Shown: positions 1-9,240 of the stretch, in pieces
Position numbering within the stretch: the first letter of the stretch is position 1
Layout: each line of letters begins with the position of its first letter
Assembly: GCA_963775465.1 (NCBI GenBank)
Contig: CAVZIW010000014.1
Coordinates: 1 to 48,235 of the forward strand
Source: Candidatus Bathyarchaeota archaeon
Lineage (GTDB): Archaea > Thermoproteota > Bathyarchaeia > Bathyarchaeales > Bathycorpusculaceae
DNA length: 48,235 nt
Direction of reading: 5' to 3'
Made by a program: the position numbers and the translations under genes
The notes under the pieces: generated by a model
What the model was told of the DNA's origin: nothing
Seen by the model: the letters and a program-made list of their open reading frames with translations, nothing else
The model's database searches: none

Positions 1-73
1 GGCCGCTGGGATTTGAACCCAGGATCGCATGCGCCCCAGGCATGTATCCTAATCCATGCTAGACGACGGCCCC
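1..73 (-). tRNA. tRNA-Pro(GGG), 3' end cut by the window edge
   Basis: Reverse complement GGGGCCG TC GTCTAGCATGGATTAGGAT A CATGC-CTGGGGC-GCATG CGATC CTGGG-TTCAAAT-CCCAG CGGCC: full cloverleaf, anticodon GGG, no intron. Confidence 0.9.
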
Positions 74-370
74 ATGGGGATACATGTTTTTTGAAGGAGC
101 TAAATGAAACAGAGCAAGCAATCATAAAAACCTTAACTTTTCTAGAAAACAATGCCAAGACCAAGAGCTTAATTTATCAGACTACAAGTAAGTTTGATCC
201 ATATCGAGGCAAGTGGGCTTGTTCAACCTCGAAGAGCAAAAAATTATATTCTAGACCAAAAATGAGAAGAACAAAAATTGATTCCTGATACGAAATATTT
301 GGTGGCACACCCGTTTCTTTTATGGGAAAAAATGAAGCTCTCTGCAAGCAACTTACGCATCGCTCATAAA
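74..370 (+). pseudogene. Degraded remnant resembling the N-terminal core-binding part of an archaeal tyrosine integrase, in frame with the antisense tRNA
   Basis: Frame reads ...ARRRP HGDTCFLKELNETEQAIIKTLTFLENNAKTKSLIYQTTSK. Shifted frames then give LIHI..QVGLFNLEE..AKNYILDQK*..LLWEKMKL. Resemblance to tRNA-associated archaeal integrases is from recall, and no catalytic residues are present. Confidence 0.4.
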
Positions 371-460
371 TGAAGCCGTTATGATCTTATAAAAGAGCAA
401 TATGTCCGACAAAAATTCCGTAATTCGAAGCTCAAAAAGCTGTCTTTCTACTATGGAAAG

Positions 461-507
461 CTGGTAGAACAACAACAAGAATTTTTTAGGTGTTGTTGTT
501 CTAGCAG
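461..507. repeat. Perfect 13-bp inverted repeat (hairpin), possible terminator
   Basis: TAGAACAACAACA (465-477) / TGTTGTTGTTCTA (491-503) with a 13-nt loop, extendable by CTG/CAG. Lies about 70 nt beyond the stop of the 573..1376 gene. Confidence 0.6.
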
Positions 508-572
508 ACAAACAACTTTTCTTGAAAATAAACAATTTTTCATCTGAATTTTGCAGAAACCTAAATTGATAG

Positions 573-1376
573 CTAAGAGTTAATAGGAGATTTTTTTACG
601 TTGTATACTTTGTATCCTGTGATTGACAAAACCATTATTGAAACAAGAACTAACACAGCAATTCCTGCTTCCAGGGTTAGGTCTTCATTTTTTGAAACTT
701 GTTGTGGGGGCGTTGGCTGATTCGTTACAGGGGGATTGGTTGGAGATTCGAGCTCAATATTTGATGGATTTGCAGGAGTTGTTGGCTGAGGCTGTGGCGT
801 AACTTGCGTTTGCTCTGCTAATTCTGGGGGTTGAGTTGGCAGCGTTTTAGGTAAACTGCCTCCTCCCACAGTTACTCCTTCAGGGTAGTTAGCTCCCGTT
901 GTACTCATTGTTATAGATGTAATCATTGAAATCCAAGCAGCACCGTTAGCTCCTGGGAGAATCAAACGGAGCTCTTCAACTAGCGGTTCGCCATCTTTCT
1001 GATAGGCTATTATAGTTTCTGGTTGTATTGCTAAATCATAAGGTATGTTAGCTTTGTACCCATCTGAAGCTGTAAACTGAACTGAACCGACTTCTCCAGC
1101 TGTGTCTATCTCTGTAAGTAGATAACTTAAACGGATTCCACTCCAATTGCCAGAAGTTAAAAGGCTGCCATCGCAGTACAGATCGGCATTTACAGTTGTT
1201 TTTGGCATATCAAAAAGTTGTTGATCGGTAAAAAAGAAGGGTTCATCAGCTAAATTTGTGATTTCAAGGTTAAAATTATTTTCAGCTTTTACAAGTGTCG
1301 TGGTGCTTGTTAGTATTAAGATAAGTACTGCTGTGGTTGTGAAAGCTACAATTAGTTTACTCTTTCCACAAGTCAT
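573..1376 (-). CDS. Secreted, membrane-anchored molybdopterin-dependent oxidoreductase-like protein (sulfite oxidase/MsrP-type domain)
   Basis: Signal peptide; motifs LYCDG..GNWSGIRLSYLL, F.ASDGY, IIAYQKDGEPL, LRLILPGANGAAWISMITSI; Pro/Thr/Gln linker and C-terminal TM helix. Start moved to ATG 1376. Confidence 0.75.
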   Translation of the reverse strand: MTCGKSKLIVAFTTTAVLILILTSTTTLVKAENNFNLEITNLADEPFFFTDQQLFDMPKTTVNADLYCDGSLLTSGNWSGIRLSYLLTEIDTAGEVGSVQFTASDGYKANIPYDLAIQPETIIAYQKDGEPLVEELRLILPGANGAAWISMITSITMSTTGANYPEGVTVGGGSLPKTLPTQPPELAEQTQVTPQPQPTTPANPSNIELESPTNPPVTNQPTPPQQVSKNEDLTLEAGIAVLVLVSIMVLSITGYKVYNVKKSPINS

Positions 1377-1394
1377 TGCGTAATCATCTCTATA

Positions 1395-1418
1395 TATGAC
1401 ACATGTCATACCTTTAAA
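1395..1418 (-). promoter_or_regulatory. Palindromic operator candidate plus TATA box
   Basis: TATGACA-CA-TGTCATA (1395-1410) lies between TTTAAA (1413-1418) and the ATG at 1376. Confidence 0.45.
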
Positions 1419-1525
1419 CTTTGCCAAACGCATCTACTCATTTTTCTTAAACTAACCTACTTCCTCTCAGTTAACCTTTAAACGCTAAAGGTGTGTTGTT
1501 CTATAATGCTCGATAGTGATGTTTA

Positions 1526-2899
1526 TTGAAGAAAACAAAGATTATTTGCACTTTGGGACCAGCTAGTTCTTCAAAGCAAGTGATTGAACGGTTGTTCCAA
1601 GCGGGTATGAACGGTGCAAGAATAAACACTGCTTATGGGAATCTGGCTCAATACCAATCGATTATCGAAACAGTAAGGGAAATTGCTGATATACCTATTA
1701 TAATTGACGTCAAAGGACCAGAAATCAGAATTAAAGCATCTAAACGAGAAGTCTTCAGAAAAGGAGACACTCTGCAAGTAGGCTTTAGCGACGAAGAAGT
1801 ATCTTTCAATCACGATTTTTATGATGAAATGAAAATTAACGATGTAGTATACATTGACAACGGAAAAATAAGAACTCACGTGGTTGATAAGAAAAACCGG
1901 AAACTCCTACTTCAGACTTTGAACGATGGCGTGATAGAAGATGGAAAAGGCGTTAACATCCCAAACAAGCATCTTCAAATTCCCACTTTTCCCGAGAAGG
2001 ATCTAGAAATCCTAAAGTTCGCAAAAAAACATGATGTAGAATACATTGCACTATCATTCACACGAAATGTTGACGATGTGAAATGTTTATCTCAGACCCA
2101 TAATTTTAAAGGCGGAATAATCGCTAAAATTGAAAATTACGAGGGAGTCCAAAACGCAGAGAAAATTCTTGACGCCGCCAATGGATTAATGGTCGCCAGA
2201 GGCGATCTAGGCGTTGAAATCGAACCCGAAAAAGTGCCATTGGTTCAGAAAGCTCTAATTAAGCTATGCAACCAAAAAGGCAAACTGGTGGTCACTGCCA
2301 CCGAGATGCTTGAATCTATGATTAACAACCCTAATCCTACTAGAGCCGAAGTTAGCGACGTTGCAAACGCCATTCTAGACGGATCTGATTCAATTATGCT
2401 CTCAGGAGAAACAGCTGTAGGTCAGTTCCCTGTAAACTCAGTTGAAATGATGGCTCGAATTGCGAATGAAACAGAAAAAGCTGTCAAAAGCATCATTGAG
2501 GATACCCCATTTATCAACATTTCTGACACCGTGAGCAGGGCAATTCAGAGAATAAGTCAAAGCATGCCAATTAACAAAGTCATACCTTTAACCCGATCGG
2601 GTTACACAGCACGAATGATAGCACGCTTCAAAATTGAGCAGGTAATTATTGCCGTTACTCCTGAAATTAAAGTCAAAAAACAACTGGAACTTACATTTGG
2701 TGTATATCCAGTTTTTATAAACTACCGTGAAACAAAAGACAGATTATTGACAGTTGCAAATAAGCTTCATGAAATGAATTTGGTTGATGATGAAGAAACT
2801 GTTTTGTTCACTGAAGCTAGAAGAACCACAGTAGAACACGCCAGCAACTCAATTGAAATACACAAAATAAAAGAATTGAGGGAATTTGCGATTTCCTAA
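1526..2899 (+). CDS. pyk: Pyruvate kinase
   Basis: KTKIICTLGPAS, DVKGPEIR, IAKIEN, MVARGDLGVE, ATEMLESM..NPNPTRAEVSDVANAILDG, MLSGETA. Confidence 0.97.
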   Translation: MKKTKIICTLGPASSSKQVIERLFQAGMNGARINTAYGNLAQYQSIIETVREIADIPIIIDVKGPEIRIKASKREVFRKGDTLQVGFSDEEVSFNHDFYDEMKINDVVYIDNGKIRTHVVDKKNRKLLLQTLNDGVIEDGKGVNIPNKHLQIPTFPEKDLEILKFAKKHDVEYIALSFTRNVDDVKCLSQTHNFKGGIIAKIENYEGVQNAEKILDAANGLMVARGDLGVEIEPEKVPLVQKALIKLCNQKGKLVVTATEMLESMINNPNPTRAEVSDVANAILDGSDSIMLSGETAVGQFPVNSVEMMARIANETEKAVKSIIEDTPFINISDTVSRAIQRISQSMPINKVIPLTRSGYTARMIARFKIEQVIIAVTPEIKVKKQLELTFGVYPVFINYRETKDRLLTVANKLHEMNLVDDEETVLFTEARRTTVEHASNSIEIHKIKELREFAIS

Positions 2900-2923
2900 G
2901 AGCTAGCTTTCTTCACTAAAAAG

Positions 2924-4393
2924 TTAGCTCTTTAACGTTGCAAAGAATCCCCTAATCACATCTCTAATCGATTGCAGAAGGGGATGCTTAATTTTTTCAG
3001 ACGATAGTTTCTCTAATCTATCCACACGGAAATAGATTGGAGGGTGAGGATCCAAACCAAGCCATTCCTGGATCCGAAAAGATGGCGTTCGTTCGTATAG
3101 CAACCTTTGAAACCCAATCTTTTCCAATGAATTAGCTAATATCTCAGGTTTCCCAACTACCATGGCTGATACTAAATCTGCTCTAGCCTCAAAGAATTTT
3201 GCTATAAAGAAAATAACCACCATTATAGCCCAGAAGTAAGCGATAAATAGAAAAGAAGTGAAAATCACTGGAAGCAAAGGAAGCAACACATAGAAACGAA
3301 AGAGAAACTCTGCTGAAACCAACCCATATAAAATCAGGGGGTCTCTTCCTCTAAGATGCCCGAACTCATGACCTAGAACACTTAGAACTTCTTCATCGTT
3401 TAGCCGAACCAGAAGTCCAGTCGTAATTAAAACTAGTCCCCTGCTTGGACTTGGACCAGAAGCCGCTGCATTTGGAACCATAGTGTTGGAAACCACAATC
3501 TTAGGCATTGGAAACCGAAATCTATCTGCAATACTTTTAACCAGTTCGTAAACGTTAACCCTCTTGGCTTTTAAATTATCTAACTCACAGGGCACACCAT
3601 ATTTTAGAAAAATCTGTTGAGCTGCTTGACAATCAACCTGTCCTTTTTTTGCTATTATTTCATCATAGATTTCTTTCTTAATCTTTAGCAACGTTTCCCG
3701 CGGATACGTTTTGTTAAAATCACCCTTTGAGGTAACAGGCAAATAATACTCAAGAAAGTGAATAATAGGGTTGTTTTGCGTAATGTGCCAGTCGGCAGTT
3801 CGGGCGATGAAACGGTTAGAGTAAAAAACAAAAGCAAACTGGATAGCTATTAAAATTAATGGTGCAATCAGAAAAGCTCCTGGAGAAACAGCTGCTATAG
3901 TAATGAAGATTGCCATGCCGAAAACGATGAAAACAACGAAGAAAAGAATCTGTGTTTCAATAAAGAAGCGGTTAAAAGATTTTTCAGGCTTGGTGTACGC
4001 TTCAGGAACAATTTCTTCACCTTCGCGCCAAGCGAAGTAAACAGTTGCGCTTCTGACATTTTGCGCAAAAGTCTGCATTGCTATCAGAACATCTTGTTTT
4101 GCTTCTTCTAAATTTGTTTGCGTAACTGAAGGCTCAAGCGGATTTATCTTCAGTTCGAACGGAGTGCCACTTTTAACTTCCACTTGAACAAGTTGCTTTC
4201 CCTGTGAATCCGTCACAAAATAGGTTAATTTATCTCCTTGACTATTTGTTTCCCTAATTATATCCGTGAACCTTGTTTTTTGAGGGAGCAAATATTGAGT
4301 GTATATAAAGTCAAATAATTTTTCATAGTAACTTGGTGGAACTTCAGGGGTAATTCTGTAAGAAGACGGCGCGCTCATCATATATCTACTCAA
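2924..4393 (-). CDS. HtpX-like M48 zinc metalloprotease with N-terminal extension
   Basis: PNAAASGP, ITTGLL..L...E...VLGHEFGHL (HExxH), EARAD, HPP...R; several TM helices. Confidence 0.88.
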   Translation of the reverse strand: MSRYMMSAPSSYRITPEVPPSYYEKLFDFIYTQYLLPQKTRFTDIIRETNSQGDKLTYFVTDSQGKQLVQVEVKSGTPFELKINPLEPSVTQTNLEEAKQDVLIAMQTFAQNVRSATVYFAWREGEEIVPEAYTKPEKSFNRFFIETQILFFVVFIVFGMAIFITIAAVSPGAFLIAPLILIAIQFAFVFYSNRFIARTADWHITQNNPIIHFLEYYLPVTSKGDFNKTYPRETLLKIKKEIYDEIIAKKGQVDCQAAQQIFLKYGVPCELDNLKAKRVNVYELVKSIADRFRFPMPKIVVSNTMVPNAAASGPSPSRGLVLITTGLLVRLNDEEVLSVLGHEFGHLRGRDPLILYGLVSAEFLFRFYVLLPLLPVIFTSFLFIAYFWAIMVVIFFIAKFFEARADLVSAMVVGKPEILANSLEKIGFQRLLYERTPSFRIQEWLGLDPHPPIYFRVDRLEKLSSEKIKHPLLQSIRDVIRGFFATLKS

Positions 4394-4680
4394 AACCCTT
4401 GCTTAATGCAACGATCTCCATTTTAATAACTTTATTGTATCACCAACAGCTCTAAAATTCATCACTATCCAGTCATTTCAAAAGTAATTTATGAGTGGTT
4501 TAAGTAAAGGGGATAGAGTTTATTAATCTCGAAAAACACTTGTTAGAATGTCCAAAACTAAAGGGCAAAATCTTTGTCATTGAACCAAATCTCTTTTTGA
4601 TTTGGCTTCACAAGAGTTAACAGAAAATCAATATACTATAAAATGGTTATACGGTCTGTTAAAACAATAGGAAGGAACTG

Positions 4681-5064
4681 ATGGAAGTGAAAACATCCCA
4701 AAAAACAATTTTAGTAGTTGATGACGACAAATCAATACTCCGAACATTTACCCGTATTCTCCAAAAAAACGGCTACGAGATCGACACAGCTGAGACCGGA
4801 AAAGAAGCTATGGAAAAAGCAGAGAATCGCCAATACGACTTAGCGTTAGTCGATATCAGGCTTCCGGATATGGATGGTACTGATTTGCTGGCAAAACTCA
4901 AAAAACCACTCCAAAATACCGTTAAGATCATGATTACAGGTTTTCCTTCTCTTGAAACAGGTGTTAAAGCTCTTGATGAGGGTGCAGATGCTTATTTGGT
5001 TAAACCTGTGAAGCCTCAAGAGCTCTTGGTGCTCTTAGAAGAGAAACTTAAGAACCGGGAGTAA
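4681..5064 (+). CDS. Stand-alone response regulator receiver (CheY-like)
   Basis: ILVVDDD, LVDIRLPDMDG (phospho-Asp), MITG, AYLVKP. Confidence 0.93.
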   Translation: MEVKTSQKTILVVDDDKSILRTFTRILQKNGYEIDTAETGKEAMEKAENRQYDLALVDIRLPDMDGTDLLAKLKKPLQNTVKIMITGFPSLETGVKALDEGADAYLVKPVKPQELLVLLEEKLKNRE

Positions 5065-5218
5065 TCTGAAAAGGTTAGCCATTAAGAGGATTTTGTCTAA
5101 CTAATCAATTAAATCCGTAAAAGTGATTTTTGATTGCTTTATTTGCTGAATTACTGGCATAGATCTAACCTTACGAAAAAAGTCATTTTACATCATCATG
5201 TTTTGGAGGTGAATATTT

Positions 5219-5380
5219 ATGGACGAGAAAAAGAAAGGGCAAATAACAATAATGCAAAAGAAAAAGAGGCGTGAAATAATCGAAGAGCAAGGAAAAGCAG
5301 TGAACCTTCCACCGGATGTTAGTGACGAAAAAAAGAAAGCGCTGCAACAGACAGGCGACGATGCAACTCAAGGATGGTGA
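5219..5380 (+). CDS. 53-aa charged small protein (not in ORF track)
   Basis: Perfect SD GGAGGTGA 6 nt before ATG; MDEKKKGQITIMQKKKRREIIEEQGKAVNLPPDVSDEKKKALQQTGDDATQGW*. Confidence 0.7.
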   Translation: MDEKKKGQITIMQKKKRREIIEEQGKAVNLPPDVSDEKKKALQQTGDDATQGW

Positions 5381-5509
5381 CTGAAAAATTAGCCTTAAGA
5401 GTAAAATTCAAATTCGAAAATTGAAGATAACAAGTCTTTTATTTACACCAATTGAGCTATATCAAACTAAAAGAGTAAAGAGAAAGAACTTCTTCATGCA
5501 AGACGTTAA

Positions 5510-6517
5510 GTGAACCCTATGAATCAACAATTTAGATTCAAAAGCAAAGAAGTCAACTGGGAAGTTGACGGAATAACAATTTACGGTACCCTTACAAGAC
5601 CAACTGGAGCAGAGACAAGTAATGCAGTTGTTTTTGTTGCAGGCAGTGGTCCAACAGATCGAGATTGGTGTTCGCCGCTTCTACCTGGAACCAACGGGAG
5701 CGCAAAGCTGATAGCAGAAGAATTGTCTCAAAGAGGCTTTGTTACTTTACGTTACGACAAACGAGGATCTGGACCCAACATAAAGGAAGACATGGCCAAG
5801 ATGATTGGCAAAATAAGCATGAAAAGCTACACAGACGAACTTGAAGGAGCCATAAAAACAACATTGTCTTACGTAAAAGCAAACTCAGGAAGCATATTTG
5901 CATTAACAAACAGTGAGGGCGCCATACACGCTTTAAACTACCAAGTTCAGTCGAACTCGAAAAGATTCAAAGGGATTGTTCTCACAGGTGCCCCTGGAAG
6001 GTCCATCTGCCAAGTTGCTCGAAGCCAAGTTCAAAATCAACTCAAATCATTGCCAAACGCTGAGGGTCTTTTGAAAAGTTACGATGCTTCTATTGCTTCA
6101 TTTGTCTCAGGTCAACCGATTGCGCCAGACCCATCTCTTCCTGAAGGAATAAGATTGTTGCTTCAAGGGTTGGCAAGTCCAGCCAATTTACCCTTTGCCA
6201 GAGAATTATGGACTTATAACGCTTCAGATTTTATCTCAAAAGTACCCGAACCAGCACTTATAATGATAGGTAAGAAGGACATACAAGTTGACTGGCACGC
6301 TGACGGCAAAGCATTACAAGAAGCAACCATTGGGAAAGGAAATATTTCTTTTTCATACCCCCAGAATGCTGATCATGTGCTAAAGTATGAGGAAAGGTCG
6401 CGCGAAAAAATTTCTCCTGACGCTACTCTTCGGTATAATGCTGAAGACCGTGTGCTTGACAGAGAAGCAATGAATACTATTCTAGAATGGCTATTGCGAA
6501 TTAGTAATCTAACTTAA
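5510..6517 (+). CDS. Alpha/beta hydrolase
   Basis: VAGSGPTDRD, RYDKRG, nucleophile elbow TNSEGA, GKKDIQV (Asp), ADHVLK (His). Confidence 0.85.
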   Translation: MNPMNQQFRFKSKEVNWEVDGITIYGTLTRPTGAETSNAVVFVAGSGPTDRDWCSPLLPGTNGSAKLIAEELSQRGFVTLRYDKRGSGPNIKEDMAKMIGKISMKSYTDELEGAIKTTLSYVKANSGSIFALTNSEGAIHALNYQVQSNSKRFKGIVLTGAPGRSICQVARSQVQNQLKSLPNAEGLLKSYDASIASFVSGQPIAPDPSLPEGIRLLLQGLASPANLPFARELWTYNASDFISKVPEPALIMIGKKDIQVDWHADGKALQEATIGKGNISFSYPQNADHVLKYEERSREKISPDATLRYNAEDRVLDREAMNTILEWLLRISNLT

Positions 6518-6640
6518 ATAGAAAAACTCGATTGCTGGAGAGTCTATTTGGGGTTTAATGTATTAAAGAAGTTAAATCAATTTGGCTTCATTACTATTCA
6601 TGTTTGGATTGGTTCATACTTAGAAAAGTTGTGACAAATC

Positions 6641-6760
6641 GTGAAGAAAGAAATTGTTAAAAGGTGTATTGACTGCTCTTCGTCTCAACAAATTAAGTGC
6701 TTTGGTATTGGAGTTGTAGGTCAAGGAATAGGTAGAAATAGAAAATGTCAGAAAAAATAG
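6641..6760 (+). CDS. Putative 39-aa four-Cys microprotein (not in ORF track)
   Basis: GTG start; MKKEIVKRCIDCSSSQQIKCFGIGVVGQGIGRNRKCQKK*, pattern CxxC-x7-C-x15-C; fills the intergenic gap; SD is weak. Confidence 0.4.
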   Translation: MKKEIVKRCIDCSSSQQIKCFGIGVVGQGIGRNRKCQKK

Positions 6761-6790
6761 AGTGCACCACTGATTTAAGATGCGATACTT

Positions 6791-7339
6791 TCATTTTTGG
6801 AAACTGTTTAAGTTAAACAATTCCTCGAAAGCTTTTTTCTTCTTAGGCTTGGGCTGCTCGGAAGGGTAGCCCAGTGTTACTAAAGCGACTACTTTCCATC
6901 TGTCTGGGATCTTTAGGGATTCTTTAACTTTTTTTTCGTTAAAGGCGCCAATCCAACATGATCCCACTCCTAAAGTCCATCCAGCAATAACCATGTTCTG
7001 CATCGCTATTGTTGCATCAACGACAGCCCATTTTCCAGTTAATAAGGAATTTACTTCTGCACAACCAACAATTACAACAGGGGCATCTCTTATGAAACGA
7101 TTAAACAAATCGCTTGAAAATTCTTTTGCTATTTCATGATTATTTACGATGACGAATCGAATAGGCTGCCTATTTGCTGCAGATGGCGCTTGTCTTCCAG
7201 CTTCAAGAATTTGTTTCAGAACATCCTCAGGGATGTCTTTGGTTTGATATTTTCTAATGCTCCTTCTGCTAAGAATAGAATCAATACATGACATGAATGT
7301 TACACTTTCTCCTTCAACAATGGTTGAATTTTTACTCAA
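6791..7339 (-). CDS. Nitroreductase family protein
   Basis: RRSIRKY, APSAANRQP, DATIAMQNM, LGVGSCWIG, LGYP. True start probably MSCID. Confidence 0.92.
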   Translation of the reverse strand: MSKNSTIVEGESVTFMSCIDSILSRRSIRKYQTKDIPEDVLKQILEAGRQAPSAANRQPIRFVIVNNHEIAKEFSSDLFNRFIRDAPVVIVGCAEVNSLLTGKWAVVDATIAMQNMVIAGWTLGVGSCWIGAFNEKKVKESLKIPDRWKVVALVTLGYPSEQPKPKKKKAFEELFNLNSFQK

Positions 7340-7510
7340 GCTTTTAGTAAGCTTTAATCTTTTCGTCGCAAGATTTTTGAGTTAAGGTCTAATCCCATCA
7401 AAGTCGTTCACGAAATCCATTAATCAAGCGAAATTCTTTTGTTAAGATCTATGAGAAAAAATGCTTATGTTTTCAGGGAGATCAGCCAACTCAAAATTTA
7501 GATCTAAGTC

Positions 7511-7540
7511 TATTGTGATTGTGACCGTACACTCACAATA
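7511..7540. promoter_or_regulatory. Inverted repeat, candidate operator
   Basis: TATTGTGA (7511-7518) / TCACAATA (7533-7540), with an extra ATTGTGA half-site, about 45 nt upstream of the 7583 ORF. Confidence 0.35.
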
Positions 7541-7582
7541 CTATATTTTGCACCAACGTGTTGGTATTTTAGGTGTTATGTA

Positions 7583-7756
7583 TTGTCGAAAGCCCAACCT
7601 CATCTAGGTCATGAGAAGCACCTCTGCAAAATGGTAGAGGATAAAGTGCCAATTGAAAAGATAAAACCCCTTGTAAAAGACGCAAAATACATTTGCAAAG
7701 GCTGCATGCGAACAGCTGCTAAAGCAGAAAATCTCTGTGCTCCTGAGGCACTTTAA
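7583..7756 (+). CDS. 57-aa His/Cys metal-binding small protein (not in ORF track)
   Basis: SD AGGTG, TTG start; MSKAQPHLGHEKHLCKMVEDKVPIEKIKPLVKDAKYICKGCMRTAAKAENLCAPEAL*; T8 tract at 7761-7768 just after the stop. Confidence 0.8.
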   Translation: MSKAQPHLGHEKHLCKMVEDKVPIEKIKPLVKDAKYICKGCMRTAAKAENLCAPEAL

Positions 7757-8189
7757 CATCTTTTTTTTGATAGTAATTTTGTGGTCTTTTAACAATCACA
7801 ATGCTTAATTCTTTTGATCAAACCTAAGACTGCAACTTTCTAAGAAAAATTTTGGACAATAAGAGGAAAATCGAAAATTAACAAACAGAATAAAAGTAAG
7901 CAACGATCCATTTGTTCTGGATTCTTTTGTGTTATTGTATTTTAGCTCACATCTACAGGTGTGCCAAATGCTTGGATTTTGATTATTTCTTTTTTTACCT
8001 TTATAAGCACAAGAGCATCTTTATGTGTGTTTGTAGTTTGGAAAGTCTCCATTGTTCTTTGGGTTTAGCCCTGTAAGGTCACTGATTCTTTTCGAAATAC
8101 AATCAAAGAGAATCAGAATTGAGGCAATAAGCATAAAAAATTGCGAGAATCTTCTCGCTAATTTACTACAAGTGGATGATATCAGAAAA

Positions 8190-9164
8190 ATGAGTGCAAG
8201 CAAAACCCACGACGCATCTAAACCAAACCGGCGGTTAGTTGAAGAATGCCCCGAGTGTAAAAGCAAGAACTTAGTTCACGATTACGACACGGGTGAAACC
8301 ATTTGTGGGGACTGTGGTCTAGTTTTGTATGAGCAAATGTTAGATAAAGGGCCAGAATGGCGTGCTTTTACTCTGCAAGAAAAATCATCAAGAAGTCGTG
8401 TTGGTCTTCCAGCATCATATGCAGTTCACGACAAAGGATTATCCACAACTATAAGTCAAATTGATAGAGATGCATATGGAAAAAAATTACCTATTGCAAC
8501 TAGGCTGCAAATGTGGCGTTTAAGAAAATGGCAAATAAGAAGCCGAGTGCACTCATCAAGCGACCGAAACCTTGCTCAAGCTATGAGTGAACTTGACCGT
8601 TTATCTGGAACCCTTCACATACCTTTTCAAATTAAAGAAAAAGCCGCTGTTCTATACCGCAAAGCATTAGACAAGCATTTAGTTCGAGGGAGATCAATCA
8701 ACTCAATTACTGCGGCTGCTCTTTATGCTGCTTGTCGCGGGAGTGGAACGCCTCGTACACTTCGCGAAATTTCTGAAGCAAGTCTTGTTGATAAGAAAGA
8801 TGTTGCACGTTGCTATAGACTATTACTACAAGAACTTAATGTTCAAATGCCCAATGCAGATCCTTTAACGTACGTTTCAAAAATTGCAGGAAAAAATGCA
8901 ATATCAGGCAAAACACAGGGTGTGGCTATAGCAATCCTCAGAGAGGCTAGGCGAAAGCGAGTTGTAGCAGGAAAAGACCCCATGGGTTTAGCCGCAGCAG
9001 CTCTCTATATAGCTTGTCTTCAGCACAACGAAAAGAAAACGCAAAAAGACATTGCAGAGGCATCTGGAGTTACGGAAGTCACTGTTAGAAACCGATACAA
9101 AGCGTTAAGGCAGCAACTCAATCTCCCTGTTCCGGATTCAAAATCCTGTGTTAACAATACTTAA
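8190..9164 (+). CDS. tfb: Transcription initiation factor IIB (TFB)
   Basis: Zn ribbon CPEC..CGDCGLV, DKGPEWRAF, HDKGLST, two cyclin repeats (RGRS, GKDPMGLAAAALY, GVTEVTVRNRY). Start moved to ATG 8190. Confidence 0.96.
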   Translation: MSASKTHDASKPNRRLVEECPECKSKNLVHDYDTGETICGDCGLVLYEQMLDKGPEWRAFTLQEKSSRSRVGLPASYAVHDKGLSTTISQIDRDAYGKKLPIATRLQMWRLRKWQIRSRVHSSSDRNLAQAMSELDRLSGTLHIPFQIKEKAAVLYRKALDKHLVRGRSINSITAAALYAACRGSGTPRTLREISEASLVDKKDVARCYRLLLQELNVQMPNADPLTYVSKIAGKNAISGKTQGVAIAILREARRKRVVAGKDPMGLAAAALYIACLQHNEKKTQKDIAEASGVTEVTVRNRYKALRQQLNLPVPDSKSCVNNT

Positions 9165-9240
9165 ACCGTAATTATAAGCTTCTGAAAAAAGTAATGGTTT
9201 CGATCACATTCCAGGAGTATTTTGGTTGAACTAGTGTTTT

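Noticed and set aside
13-288. Tracked 91-aa ORF as an intact gene
   Set aside because: It starts inside the antisense tRNA and loses coherence after a frameshift; treated as a remnant.
5183-7795. Tracked ORFs 5183..5371(-) and 7604..7795(-)
   Set aside because: They are shadows of SD-supported plus-strand microproteins at 5219 and 7583.
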